Translations under genes and position numbers: made by a program
Part shown: in pieces, positions 9,884 through 22,080 of the stretch
How positions within the stretch are numbered: position 1 is the stretch's first letter
Layout: each line of letters begins with the position of its first letter
NCBI RefSeq assembly: GCF_009914755.1
Contig: NC_060933.1
Source of the DNA: the human T2T-CHM13v2.0 reference genome, Homo sapiens
Direction: 5' to 3' (one strand)
Length of the DNA stretch: 64,000 nucleotides
Notes under the pieces: model-generated
What the model was told of the DNA's origin: nothing
Databases searched by the model: none
The model's input: only the letters and a program-made list of their open reading frames with translations

Positions 9884-10342
9884 TAAGGGAGGAGATCACC
9901 CCTCATATTGTCTTATGCCCAATTTCTGCCTCCAAAGAAAGAAGAAGTAAAAACTAAAAGGCAGAAATGAAATCCACAGGCAGATAGCCTGGCACTGCGC
10001 CCTGGGCCTGGTTAAAGATCGATCCCAACCTAACCACTTATGTTATCTATAGATTCCAGACATTGTATGGAAAAACATTGTGAAAATCCCTGCCCTGTTC
10101 TATTCCATTCTGATTACCAGCATATGCAGCCCCCAGTCATGTACCCCCTGCTTGCTCAATCAATCATGACCCTCTCACGTGGACCCCCTTAGAGTTGTAA
10201 GTCCTTAAAATGGACAGGAATTGCTCACTCGGGGAGCTCGGTTATTGGAGACATGAGTCTTGCTGAAGCTCCCGGCCTAATAAAGCCCTTCCTTCTTTAA
10301 CTCGGTGTCTGAGGGCTTCTGTCTGCGGCTTGTCCTCCTACA
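9884..10342 (+). repeat. 3' LTR (LTR2 family)
   Basis: direct repeat of 2781-3248; AATAAA at 10279-10284; ends cctaca followed by TSD atgc. Confidence 0.95.
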
Positions 10343-10487
10343 ATGCAATCTACAAGAAAATCACCTCAAATACAATATGGATAGACTGAACGTAAAAGGA
10401 TAGGAAAAGATATGCCATGCAAGCACTAATAAAAATAATCAGGTAAAGTAAAATTTAAAGCAAAGAAAAGTAATAAAAAAAATAAGA
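10343..10487 (+). mobile_element. old L1M ORF2 EN (right half of the ERV target)
   Basis: NLQENHLKYNMDRLNVKG*EKICHASTN, similar to L1 'QETHL...RLKIKGW.KIYQAN'. Confidence 0.75.
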
Positions 10488-11219
10488 ATGTGCAAATCAA
10501 AACCAGAATGAGATTTCATCTCACGCCAGTTAGAATGATGATCATCAAAAAGTCAGGAAACAACAGATGCTGGAGAGGTGGAGAGGATGTGGAGAAACAG
10601 GAACTTTTTACACTGTTGGTGGGAATGTAAATTAGTTCAACCATTGTGGAAGACTGTGGCAATTCCTCAAGAATCTAGAAACAGAAATGCCATTTGACCC
10701 AGCAATCCCATTACTGGGTATATACCCAAAGGATTATAAATCATTCTACTATAAAGACACATGCACACATATGTTTATTGCAGCACTGTTTACAATAGCA
10801 AAGACTTGGAACCAACCCAAATGTCCATCAGAGATAGATGGATTAAGAAAATGTGGCACATATACACCATGGAATACTATGCAGCCATAAAAAAGGATGA
10901 GTTTATGACCTTTGCAGGTACATGGATTAAGCTGGAAATCATCATTCTCAGCAAACTAACACAAGAACAGAAAACCAAACACCGCATGTTCTCGCTCATA
11001 AGTGGGAGTTGAACAATGAGAACACATGGACACAGGGAGGGAAACATCATACACTGGGGCCTGTCAGGGGGTGGTGGGCTATGGAGGGGGATAGAATTAG
11101 GAGAAATACCTAATGTAGATGACAGGTTGATGGGTGCAGCAAACCACCATGGCACGTGTATACCTATGTAACAAACCCGCATGCTCTGCACATGTATCCC
11201 GGAACTTAAAGTATAGTTT
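10488..11219 (+). mobile_element. 5'-truncated L1PA (about L1PA7) 3' end
   Basis: ORF2 C-terminus ([14 protein letters not shown]; [21 protein letters not shown]) plus 3'UTR; TSD aaaaaaataaga at 10476-10487 / 11220-11231. Confidence 0.92.
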
Positions 11220-11231
11220 AAAAAAATAAGA

Positions 11232-11640
11232 TTGTTGCAGATAATAAAAGGCTCAATATGTCACATAGATAGAATGATGCCAAGTGAGTACGCATAAAAA
11301 AACACAGCTTTAAAATATATGAATCAAAAAATTAATATAGCTGAAATAAAAAAATTGACAAATCCATAATTATGATCAGCGACTTCAGTACCTCACACTG
11401 GCAACTAATATAATTAGTAGACAGATCATCAACCTTTTAGAAGAGAAAATTCAAACAGAATCCAATTGGCATATGTATAACACTTCATCCAACTATAGCA
11501 GAGTGCACTTATTTTTTGAAGCATACACTGAAATTTCACCAAGATAAGCTATATCCTGAGCCATTAAAAACCCCTCACAAACTAAAAAAATTGATAGCAT
11601 ACCGGGTATGTTGTCTGATCGTAAAGGAAGCAATTAGGAG
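11232..11640 (+). mobile_element. old L1M ORF2 EN continuation
   Basis: 'gaaattgacaaatccataattat...gacttcagtacctcac', 'atagcagagtgcactt' resemble L1 EN. Confidence 0.65.
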
Positions 11641-11659
11641 TAGAGACTCCTATCAATTT

Positions 11660-14120
11660 GAAGAAATTCTTTATTGTTGGTTTGCCGAGAATTTTTGTAA
11701 TGAAAAGTATTGAATATTGTCAAATGATTTTTTAATGTCAGTTAATTATGATCACATTATTTTCTTGTATAGCCTCTTGATATGGTGTCTTACATTTACT
11801 GATTTTTGAATATTAAACTAGCTTTGCATACCTGGAAGAAATCCCACTTGTTTATGGTATATAATTATTTTTAGACATAATTGAATTTTATTTCCCAATA
11901 CTGTCTTAAGGATTTTAGCATCTAAGTTTCTGGGAAATATTGGTCTATAGATTTCTTTTTTGAACTGTCTCTCTCTGGTTATATCATTAGTTCTCTAGTG
12001 TTCTAATTTGCAGAAAAGATTTTGTAAAATTCATGCTAATTCTTCATAAAATATTTTTGTGAATTCTCCATTGAAAGCACATGAGCCCAGATATTTCTAT
12101 TTGGAAGATTTTTAATTACAAATTTAATTTATTTAAACATAATAGACCTATTCAGATTTTGTATTTCATTTTTATTACTTTTAAGGAATTTCTGATTTTA
12201 AAGGTGTTGAAATGGGATTTCAACTTGGTAACTATTATATGCTCTCTTAGCTTCTTAAATTTGCTAATTTATGTCATTATGCTTCTTATATTTGTCAGTG
12301 TTTCTAGAGGTTTATCAATGTTATTCATTTTGACTGATGAATCAAATTTCTTATTCATTTATTTTCTCTATTGTTCATCTGGCTTTAATTTTATTGATTT
12401 CTCTTCATTATTTCCTTCCTTATGTTAACACTGAGTTTATTTTGTTCTTCTCTCCCTAGTTTCTTGAGGTAAAAAAGTAGTTAATTAGAAAATTTTCCTT
12501 TTTTTAAGTCTTTATCATATGAATTTCCCTCTAAAAAATGATATAGTTGTGTCTTACATATCTTGTATTTTGATTCAGTTCTATATAATTTTGCTAATTC
12601 CTTTGCAACTTCCTCCTTGATCTTTGGATTATTTAGAAGGGTGTTGTATGTGCATTCTGTTGGGTATTCTTAAATATTGATTATAACCTGTTTGTTGGTG
12701 GTGTTTCTTTCATTCTTGTTGATATTCTTGCTACTTTTATCAACTGTTGAGAGAAGGGTGTTGAATTCTCTGATTATTATTCTGGGTTTGTGTATTTCTC
12801 CTTTTAGTTTTTTCTGGCTTTGCTTCACATGTTTTGTAGGTGTATTGTTCAGTGCATACACATTTAAAATTGCAAATACCTCCCTGGTAGATGGACCCAT
12901 TTATCTTTATAAAATGTATCTGTCTTTGGTAATTGTCTTTGCTGTGAAATAAACTTCATCTCATATTAACATAGTCACTGTTGCTTACTTCTTTTCATAT
13001 GGCTGATCTTTTTCCAACATTTATATTTCCCCTACCTACACCACTGTATTTAAAATGAGTTTCTTGTATATAGCAATACATGTAATTGGGTTATGTGCTT
13101 TTTTCCCCACCAATCTGCTTTTAATTGGCATACTTAGAAAACTGATGTTTAATGTTATTATTGATATTTTAAGAAATTTTTTTGATTATATATATTTAAG
13201 GTATACAACAGGATGTTTTGATATACATAATGAAATAATTTCTACAGTCAAGCAAATTATCCTATCATCTTCCATAGTCACCTTTATTTTATTTTAATGA
13301 GTCCCTAAAATCTACTCTCTTAGCAAATTTTCAATATAAAATATGATATTAACTATGATCCTCATGCCGTACATTAGATATCTAGAATATTTTATCCTAC
13401 ATTCTAGAGTTTTTATTCTACATAACTGCAAGTTTGTACATTTTGACCTATATATTTCTGAGCAAACATATGTTTTCAATACTCTTGGCTATATACCTAG
13501 GAGTGAAATTGCTAGGTCATATGGTAACTATATTTAACGTCTGGAGGAAATGGCAAATTGTTTACTGTAGTACTGAAGCACTTTCCCACCAGCAATCCAT
13601 GAAGTTTCCAATTTCTGTAAATCCTTGCCACCAACTATTATTATCATTATTTCTTATACCCATCCTACTGGGTGTGAAGTGGTATCTAATTATGAATTTT
13701 ATTTGTTTAATGACAAATGATGTTGAGCATTTTTCCTGTGCCAACTGACAGGGACTGGCATTAGACCTTTAAATGTTTGGGAGAATTGACCAGTGATACC
13801 ATCCGGTCCTGGGTTTTTGTTGTTGGGAGGTTTTTGGTTATGAATTCACTCTTTTATTATATATTCACATTGTTTAGATATATTTGAGACACTTTTGGTA
13901 GTTTGTGTGTTTCTAGGAATTTGTCATTTCATCTAAGTTTTCTAATTTGTTGGTGTATAATTGTTCATTGTTCATAATATTCTTTGTTTTTGTGAGGTCA
14001 GAGATAATGACCTCACTTTTATTCCTAAATTTAATGATTATATTCTTCTCTCTTCTTAAAATCTGGGTCAGTCTAATTAAAGGTTTGTCAGTTTTGTTGA
14101 TCTTTTTGATAAACTAACAT
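11660..14120 (-). mobile_element. composite of old L1M fragments (ORF2 and one 3' end at about 13170-13450)
   Basis: T-rich antisense L1; ORF 12670-12900(-) ILNVYALNN..KGEIHK..IIIREFNTLLS is L1 EN; ORF 13562-13744(-) RYHFTPSRM is the ORF2 C-terminus. Confidence 0.75.
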
Positions 14121-14399
14121 TAATAAGTTTTTAAATTGAAAAATAAAAATTATATATATATTCATTGTGGATAATATGTTTTAAAATATGTGTACATTAG
14201 GAAATAGTTCAATCAAGCTAATTCACGTGTGTATTGCCTCACATACTTACCATTTTTGTGAGATTGCTGGATTATATGGTAGTTCTTAATTTTTTGGAGA
14301 ACCTCCATATTGTTTTCTAAAATGGCTATACTAATTTACATTCCCACTAACAGTATGCAAGGGTTCCCCTCCTCCACATCTTCTGCAACACTTATTTTT

Positions 14400-14625
14400 T
14401 GTCTTTTTTTTGTTGTTGTTTTAGAGATTGTCTCACTCTATTGCCCAGTTTGGAGTGCAGTGGTGGAATCTTGGCTCACTGCAACCTCACCCTCTTGGCG
14501 TCAAGTGATCCTCCTACCTCAGCCTCTGGAGTAGCTGAGACTGTAGGAATCCATTTTTTATTTTTTTTATACAGACAGGAATCTGACTATATTGCCAAGG
14601 TTGGTCTCAAACTCCTGGCCTCAAG
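14400..14625 (-). mobile_element. old Alu (AluJ-like), internally deleted
   Basis: 'tctcactctattgcccag..ggagtgcagtggtg..ctcagcctctggagtagctgagact..ggtctcaaactcctggcctcaag'. Confidence 0.85.
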
Positions 14626-14668
14626 GAGTGTCTTTTTGATAATAGTCATTAACAGTTTTTCATATACT

Positions 14669-15370
14669 TGTTGGCCAATTCTCATTAATGGTACAATGTC
14701 AGTGATAACCAGGTCCATATACCTTTTGTCTTCCCACAATGGCAGACTTTTATCGATGCTATTTCAATCACAAAAGCCATGAGCTATATGGAATTCTCAA
14801 GAAGGCGATTCTACTTAGTATTTCCCTTTTACTCTGTAGTTAGAGATGGAGGCACACAAGCTCAAGTCACTCCACAGGTCAGTCAATATTGCAAACCATA
14901 CATAATGGTATACTTAATAAGTATATAACTGTTATAGATTAAACATTCCACAACAAACAGTAACATTTAACATCCAGAGAAAGGGGATAGGAAAAAGGAT
15001 TAACAAGCCAGTAAGGACAAAAGGAATATCCTGGTTTAACCCTGGTGTCCATTGGTCTTGAAAGGAAGAGTCTTTAGTGTGGGCAGAACTTTTCATGGCA
15101 GGTGCCAGGGACTTATCACGAGTAATAACAAAATAGTGTCTGTTAAAACAACTGATTTAAGCTGCTGAAGTCCTTCTCTTTTTATGGCCACAGAGTTCTC
15201 TGCTGAGGACTGATAGTGAAAGAGTGTGCTTGGTTATGTCCTTATGTGGTTGGATGCAGTCTTTATTTATTAGGTGAAACATCTGGTCTCTCTTGGCAAA
15301 GTTTCCTATGAAATGTAGGATGGGATCTTTTTCTAAGTTGGAGTTACTTATGTCAAGAGCACTCTGTACA
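14669..15370 (-). mobile_element. solo LTR, probably ERV1/MER4 group (family not determined)
   Basis: ~700-bp non-L1 block with TG...CA ends interrupting collinear L1; reverse strand begins tgtacagagtgctcttgacataagtaactcc. Confidence 0.6.
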
Positions 15371-15632
15371 CTGTTTATATGTTTTCTTTTGAAAACTGTC
15401 TACTCAGGTCCTTTGCTCATATTTTCATTGTGTTGTTTTTTTCTTGCTATTGAATTGTTTAAATGTGTTATATATTTTGCATATTAATCCTTCATCAGAT
15501 ATATGGTTCGCAATTATTTCTTCTCATTTCATAGATTGTCTCTTCACTCTGTAGATGGTTTTCTTTGCTTTGCTGACATTTTTTAGTTGATGAAATCCAT
15601 GTCTTTTGCTTTTGTTGCCTGTGCTTGGGGTC

Positions 15633-16922
15633 TGTTGAGAAAAAACTCTATCCATGTTTTTCCCCTGATCTCACACCATGACAATCACCCACACGAAAGG
15701 CTTTTGTGATCCCAAAATATGTGGGGATTTCTTCTCACTAGCATGAAAACAATCAGTTATTCAGCCAATACCAACTAGGGGTCCCCCAATTCAATTCTGA
15801 CACTACCTACCTGGAGACAGTGCCAGATCCCATAGATTGAAGGCTCAGTCCCCAAAACGCCCTCTACCTTCAGACAGTTGCAAATCTGAGCCTCTAAAAC
15901 TTCGGACTGACCAGCTTCACATTAGGTTTCACACAATCTCCTCTTTGGGTTCAATTAATTTACTGGAGCAGCTCACATAACTCAGGAAAATATTTACTTA
16001 AGTTTACTGGCTTATTATAAAGGATATTACAAAGGATACAAATGAATAGATGAATAGGGTGAGGTCTGGGAGAGAGGACATGGAGCTTCTATCCCTTACC
16101 CAGGTGTACCACCCTCCGGAAGCCGGAAGTCTCCCTGCATTCAGGTATTTGGAAGTGCTCAGACTCTGTCCTCTTGTTTTTTTTTTTTTGTTGTTGTAGT
16201 TTGGTTTTGGTTTTTTTTCATGGAGGTTTCATTGCATATTGATGATTGATTAAACCCTTGGCCATTAGTAGTCAACTTGACCTTTTAGCTCTCTTTCTCT
16301 CCACAGAGGTTGGGGGGTAGGGTTGAAAGTCCTAACACTCTAATCATGTCTTTGTCTTTCTACTGACCAGCCTTATCTTGAAGCTACTGTTGTAGGATTT
16401 TCTCCTTATTTCAGCTATAAAGTGGGTTCTTGTCACATGACCAGGAAGGATTAGGCTGGCAGACACTTTGAAGAGTGAAGCGGAATGGAATTTATTGGGC
16501 AAAAAGGAAAAAGGAAAAAACAACACAGCAAAGTGAGATGGGGTCCTGCTAACAGGCTCTCCACCTCACCAACTGAATCCTAGGTTACCACCCAGGAACA
16601 GGAACAGGAGAGGCCAGGCTCCTCCCCATTGCAAATGGTGTGAATTTTCCAAATCTCCACCCCCTGCTCCCAGTGCGCAGGTGGCTATTATTCAAAAAGA
16701 ATCAGTGGGGAAAAGGGAAGGCTTTATATCAGGACTGGCAGTCTGGTTTCTCAGGCTTCAAGGTGGGGTTTTGCCAGAGGGCCCCTTGGCTGCCTCCTCT
16801 CTCTATCACTATCAGTCAACATTAGCATACAAAAAGACAGCACTTTGGAGACTTCAAGGATTTTTGGAGTTGTATTGTGGGGAATGGGGATGAAGATTAA
16901 ATATGTATTTTACAATTTCACA
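15633..16922 (-). mobile_element. MER21-family solo LTR
   Basis: 'caattcaattctgacactacctacctggaga', 'ggagcagctcacataactcagg', 'ataaaggatattacaaaggataca'; TG..CA ends; 5-bp TSD gggtc/gggtt. Confidence 0.85.
16388..16808 (-). mobile_element. MER61/LTR27-like ERV1 solo LTR nested in MER21
   Basis: tgttgtagga...ttcagcta...tgcctcctctctctatca; 4-bp TSD ctac/ctat. Confidence 0.75.
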
Positions 16923-17360
16923 GGGTTATCTCCAAAAAATATATTGTCTAAACCACTGTCAAAAAGGTTTTTCTCATCATATTCTTTTAGCGGTTTTATG
17001 GTTTCAGGTCTTACCTTTAAATGTTTAATTCACTTTGAGTTGATTTTTGTGTATAGCATGAAAGAGAGGTCCAATTTCATTCTTCTGCATGTGCATATCC
17101 AGTTTTCTGAACATCATTTATTGAAGAGACTGTCCTTTCCCCATGGTGTGTTCTTGGCAACTTTGTAGTTCAGTTTATCATAAATGTATGGATTCATTTA
17201 ATGACTCTCTATTCTTTTCCCTGGTCTATGTGTTTGTTACTTTTTATGCCAGTACCATAGAATTTGCTATAGCTTTATTATATATTTTGAAATCAGGTAG
17301 TGTGATACCTCCAGCTTTGTTCTTGCTCAAGATTACATTGGATATTCAACATCTTTTGTG

Positions 17361-18116
17361 GACTACCATATGATACGTGAATCCCACTTATGGGTGTAAA
17401 TCCAAAGGAAGTGAAACTAGCATCTTGAAGAGCTATCTGCACTCTCACTTTCATTATAGCATTACTCACAATAGCCAAGATATGAAATCAGTATAGGTGT
17501 CCATTTGTAGATAAATGGATAAAGAAAATGTGAAAGTGATTATGTATACACAGACACACATACGTACACACCCACATGTGTATATGTGTGTGAAAATATA
17601 TGTATGCATGTTGTGTGTAAACATAATGGAATATTATTTAAACTTAATAAAGAAGTATATCCTGTCACTTGTAACAACATGGATGCATGTTCTAAGCCAT
17701 GCATAGAAAGACAAATATTGCATGATTTCACTTATATTTGGGATCTAAAAACGTTGAACACATAGAAGCTGAGAGTAGAATAGTAGTTTCCAGGGGTTTG
17801 GGGTGGGAAATGGGGAGATGTTAGTCAAAGGGTAAAAAGCTTTGGTTATACGGGATGAATAAGTTCTGGAGATTTAATGTACAGCATGTGACTATAGTTA
17901 ACAATATTGTACCATATACTTGAAATTTACTCAGAGAGTACATCATAAAGGTTCTCACGAATCACAAAAATAGTAACTATTTGAAGTGATAGATATGTTA
18001 ATTAGCTTGATTATGGTAATCATTTTATAATTTTACATATATAAAAACATCATGTTGTACAACTTAAATTTATAAAATTGTATTTGTCAGTGACACCTCA
18101 ATAAATCTGGAAAAAA
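17361..18116 (+). mobile_element. L1MA8/9-L1MB-like 3' end
   Basis: ORF2 end and 3'UTR ('aagttctggagatttaatgtacagcat', 'cacctcaataaatctggaaaaa'). Confidence 0.8.
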
Positions 18117-21100
18117 TATGGTTCTTCAAAAAATTAATGAAATTGATAAACCTCTATTGAGGATAACAAAGAAAAAAGAAGACACAAGTCACCAACATCA
18201 GGAATAAAATAGATGATATCGTTACAGATTCTACAGTAATGAAAAGAACAATAATGGGAAATTTATCCTCATGAATTTATGCTCAACTTTATCTTCATAA
18301 ATTTCATAATGTTGAAGAAAAAGATCAATTATTTGTACACTAAAAATTACCAGAAGCTCAACCAAGATAATAAAGACAATGTGAATAATTTTATAACCAT
18401 TAAAGAATCTGAATTTATAATGAAAAACCACAGGCTGACATAGAACTATCTAGGTCCATATAGTTTTATTGTAAAGGTCTATCAAACATTCGATGAATTC
18501 CCACCAATTTTAGACAATCTATTCCAGAAAATAAGGGAGAAAATTTCCCAATTTATTTCATGAAGTTACTATTATTCTCACAACAAAACCAAAACACTAC
18601 AAAAAAGAAAAGAAAAACTATAGACTATTATCCCTCATGAACTTGGATGCAAAACTTTTAATCAAAATATCTAACTTACCAATGAATAAAAATAATATAT
18701 ACCTGGATCAACTGGGACTTATTCCAGGTATGTAAATCTGGTTACAAATTCAAATACCAAAAATGTAATTTGTTACATCAATGGGCTAAAGAAGAAAAAT
18801 CACATAATTCTATTACACTTAAACATAAGAACTGAAATTGTAAAATCTAACTCAAAAATAGCATTTGACAACATACGACTCACATTCATGATAAAACATT
18901 CCCAGCCAAGTAGAATTGGAGAAGGGCCAGGAACTTCCTCTACTTGAGAAAGATCATCTACCAAAAACCTAAAGCCAACCACATCCTTAATTGTTAAAGA
19001 CCAGATGCTTTTTATGTAAGATCAGGAACAAGGCAAGGATGCCCACGATCACTAACCTTATTCAAAAATTACTAGAAGCTGTTGTCAGCACAATAAGGCA
19101 AGGCAAGGAAACAACAGTTATACTGATTAAAAATTAAAAAAAAAAAAAACTACATCTATTTGCAAATACATTGATTGTCTACATAAAGAACATAAAGGAA
19201 CCTATAGAGAAAATCCCACAACTAATAAGTGAGTTTATTAGGAGGCAGAGGTGGGTGGATCATGAAGTCAGGAGATCGAGACCATAATGGCTAACACGGC
19301 GAAACGCCGTCACTACTAAAAATACAAAAATAAAAATTAGCCAGACGTGGTGGCACGCACCCAGCTACTCGGGAGGCTGAGGCAGGAGAATTGCTTGAAC
19401 TGGGAGACAGAGGTTGCAGTGAGCCTAGATCATGGTACTCCACTCCAGCCTGAGTGACAGAACGAGTCTCTGTCTCAAAAAAAAAAAAAAAAAAAAAAGA
19501 GTTTAAGATGATTGCAGGAAACAAGATCCCATGCAAAAATCAATTGCATTTCTTTATAGTACAAATAAAGTGGTGGAAACCCAATTATTAAAAAAATTGA
19601 TGACTATTCAAAGCAAAATGAAGTAATTAGATGTAAGTGTGATAACACATGTACAAGATCTTTATGCTGAAAATTACAAAACGCTGGTGAATTTCATTAA
19701 AGAAAATCTACATAAATGGAGAGAAATACTGTGCTTACGGATTGGAACACACAACATGGGAAATACAATATATCAGTTCTCCTCAAATTGATTTACAGGC
19801 TTAACACAATTCATATCAAAATTCCAGAAAGGTTTTTTTGTAGATATAGATGAGTTTATTCTAAAATTTTATGGAAAGGCAAAGAAACTAGAATTGTTCG
19901 GTGTATTTTGGAAAAGAATAAATAGTTACCCTATACATTTTTAAGACATTTTATAGCAACATTATTCAAGACTGGGTGATATTACTAGAATAGAAACATC
20001 AATGAAACAAAATAGAAAACCCAGAAATAGACTCAAAGAAACAGTTTTTTGAAAAAGGTTCAAAAGCAATTCATGGAGAAAGGATAGACTTTTTAGCAAA
20101 TTGTGCTGAAGAAAGTGGACATCCTTAACAACAACAAAATAATAAATCTTGACATATGTCTTACACCTTATACAAAAATTAACTGGAAATGGATCATAGA
20201 CTAAAATGTAAAGTGTAAAAATATAAATCTTTTAGTAAAAAACATAGAAGAAACATGTTGACTCTAAAGAAACAACTGAGACTTGACACCAAAAACACAA
20301 TCCATGTTAGGAAAAAAAAATCAATTTGATTTCTTAAAAATTGCAAATTTTGGCTTTTAAAGACCGTGTTATAGCATGAAAAGATAAACTACAGATCAGG
20401 AGAAAAGTTTTTGCAAATCAGATATCCAACATATCCAATAAAGGACTAGTAACGAGAATATACAAATAAATTTCAAAACTCAACAGTAAACAAATTATAT
20501 ATATACAATTACATATATAATTAAAACATATATATATGTAATTAGGAAATGGGCAAAGGTCATGAGGAGGCATATCACCAAAGAGGACATAGAGATGTCA
20601 AATAAGCCTGTGAAAAGATGCTTAACATTATTAGCCATTAGAGAAATGCAAATTAAAATCCCAATAAGATATTACTATATTCCTATCATAATGGTTAAAA
20701 TTAAAAACTGCTGACAATACCAAATGTTGATGAGAATGTGGAGAAACTGGATCCCTTACATTATTGGTGGGAATGTAAAATGACATGGCGAGTCTGGAAA
20801 GCAGTTTGACAATTTTTTAAAAAGAATTAAACATGGGCTTACCAAATGTCTGAGCAATTGCACTCTTAAGCTTATTTTCCAGAGAAATAAAAACTAAGTA
20901 TATGCAAAAATCTATACACAAGTGTTTATATCAATAGCACAAAACTAAAAAGGCTCAGATGTTCTTCAACAGGTTACTTGTGAAATAAACGGTGACATAT
21001 CCGTAATATAAAATACTATTCAACAATGAAAAGGTACAAATTGTTGATACATACAATAATCTGAATGAATTGCTAGATTATTATACCAATTTAAAAGCTA

Positions 21101-21450
21101 ATCCAAACAGCTTGCATACTATATATAATTTCATTTTTGTAACCTTCTTGAAATAACCAAATTATAGAAATGGAAAACTAATGAGTGGTTGCCAGCAGTT
21201 AAGGAGGATGTGGTGATGTAAGGGAACTGGATGTGTCTATAAAGGAACAACATGATGGATTTTTATGGTAAGAATATGTCCTTGACTATATTAATGCCTA
21301 TATCCTGACTATATTAATGCCTATATCCTGGTTGTGATATAGTACTGCAAGATGTTACAATCTGAGGAAACTGGGCAAAAGATAATGGAAGCCCTCTCTT
21401 ATTTCTTACAACCTCATAAAAATCTACAATTAAAAATAAAAAGCTAACTT
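18117..21450 (+). mobile_element. old L1M (L1MC/MD-like) ORF2 RT through 3'UTR
   Basis: collinear A-rich ORF2 landmarks (tccctcatgaac..gatgcaaaa; tctatttgcaaat; gaaatgcaaattaaaa) ending in an A-rich tail. Confidence 0.85.
19238..19498 (+). mobile_element. 5'-truncated Alu (AluSc/Y-like)
   Basis: dimeric Alu with A22 tail; TSD gagttta at 19231-19237 / 19499-19505. Confidence 0.92.
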
Positions 21451-21624
21451 GACAAGAAAAGGTAATCTGGAAAGTGTAAGTACTTTGTTATTATTAGAGA
21501 GTAAGTGCTTATTGAAAGATATCAGGAAATGTGAATTAAATAATATGTAGGCTCAGTAGAACTTGAAGTTCATGATATAAAGTGTGAAACTTATTTTCCA
21601 ACTGATGGTGGATGGTGCAGCATT

Positions 21625-22080
21625 ATATCAATCAGTATTCTATTGCTGCTATAACAAATTATTACAACCTTAATGCCATAAAATAACACAAATTTATTAT
21701 CTTATAGTTCTAGAGGTCTGAAGTCTGAAATGAGTTTTACTGAGCTACAATTAAGGTGATAGGAGAGCTTTTTTTTTTTTATTCTGGTAGCTGTATTGAA
21801 GAATCTGTTCCCTTATTTTTTCCAACATCTAGAGGCTGTCTGCATTCCTTGGCAAATGTCCTTCTCCTCCATTTTCAAAGCCAAGAGCGTAACACCTTCG
21901 TGTTTCTCTGACTCTGAGCCCTCCTCTGTTTCTATTTTACTTTTAAGGACCAATATAATTTCTTCATCTTAAGATTCTTAACTTAATCACATCAGCAAAA
22001 ACCCTTTTGCCATATAAGCTAACATAGTCACAGATTCCAGGGATTAGAACATGGACATTTTTGGGGGAGGGGCATTACAA
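21625..22080 (-). mobile_element. MLT1 (MaLR) solo LTR
   Basis: 'tattgctgctataacaaatt..aacacaaatttattatcttatagttct', 'tcacagattccagggattagaacatggacat'. Confidence 0.8.

Larger units (their letters stand above)
2781..10342 (+). mobile_element. endogenous retrovirus, Harlequin-type (LTR2/HERV-E-based mosaic, class I/ERV1), defective
   Basis: two ~460-bp direct LTRs (TAAGGGAGGAG...CTACA), 4-bp TSD ATGC (2777-2780 / 10343-10346), tRNA-Glu PBS, PPT, gag/pol/env remnants. Confidence 0.95.
14125..17360 (-). mobile_element. L1MA-type element(s), interrupted by an Alu, two LTRs and a nested LTR
   Basis: antisense 3'UTR end at 14125-14260, ORF2 antisense pieces 14260-14400, 15371-15632, 16923-17360. 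Confidence 0.75.

Noticed and set aside
10687-11191. Short ORFs resembling database 'hypothetical proteins' (also 26739, 54295, 58079)
   Set aside because: L1 ORF2 C-terminus or 3'UTR fragments, not host genes
12081-13748. Hydrophobic membrane-protein-like ORFs
   Set aside because: T-rich antisense strand of L1 yields Phe/Leu/Ile-rich frames
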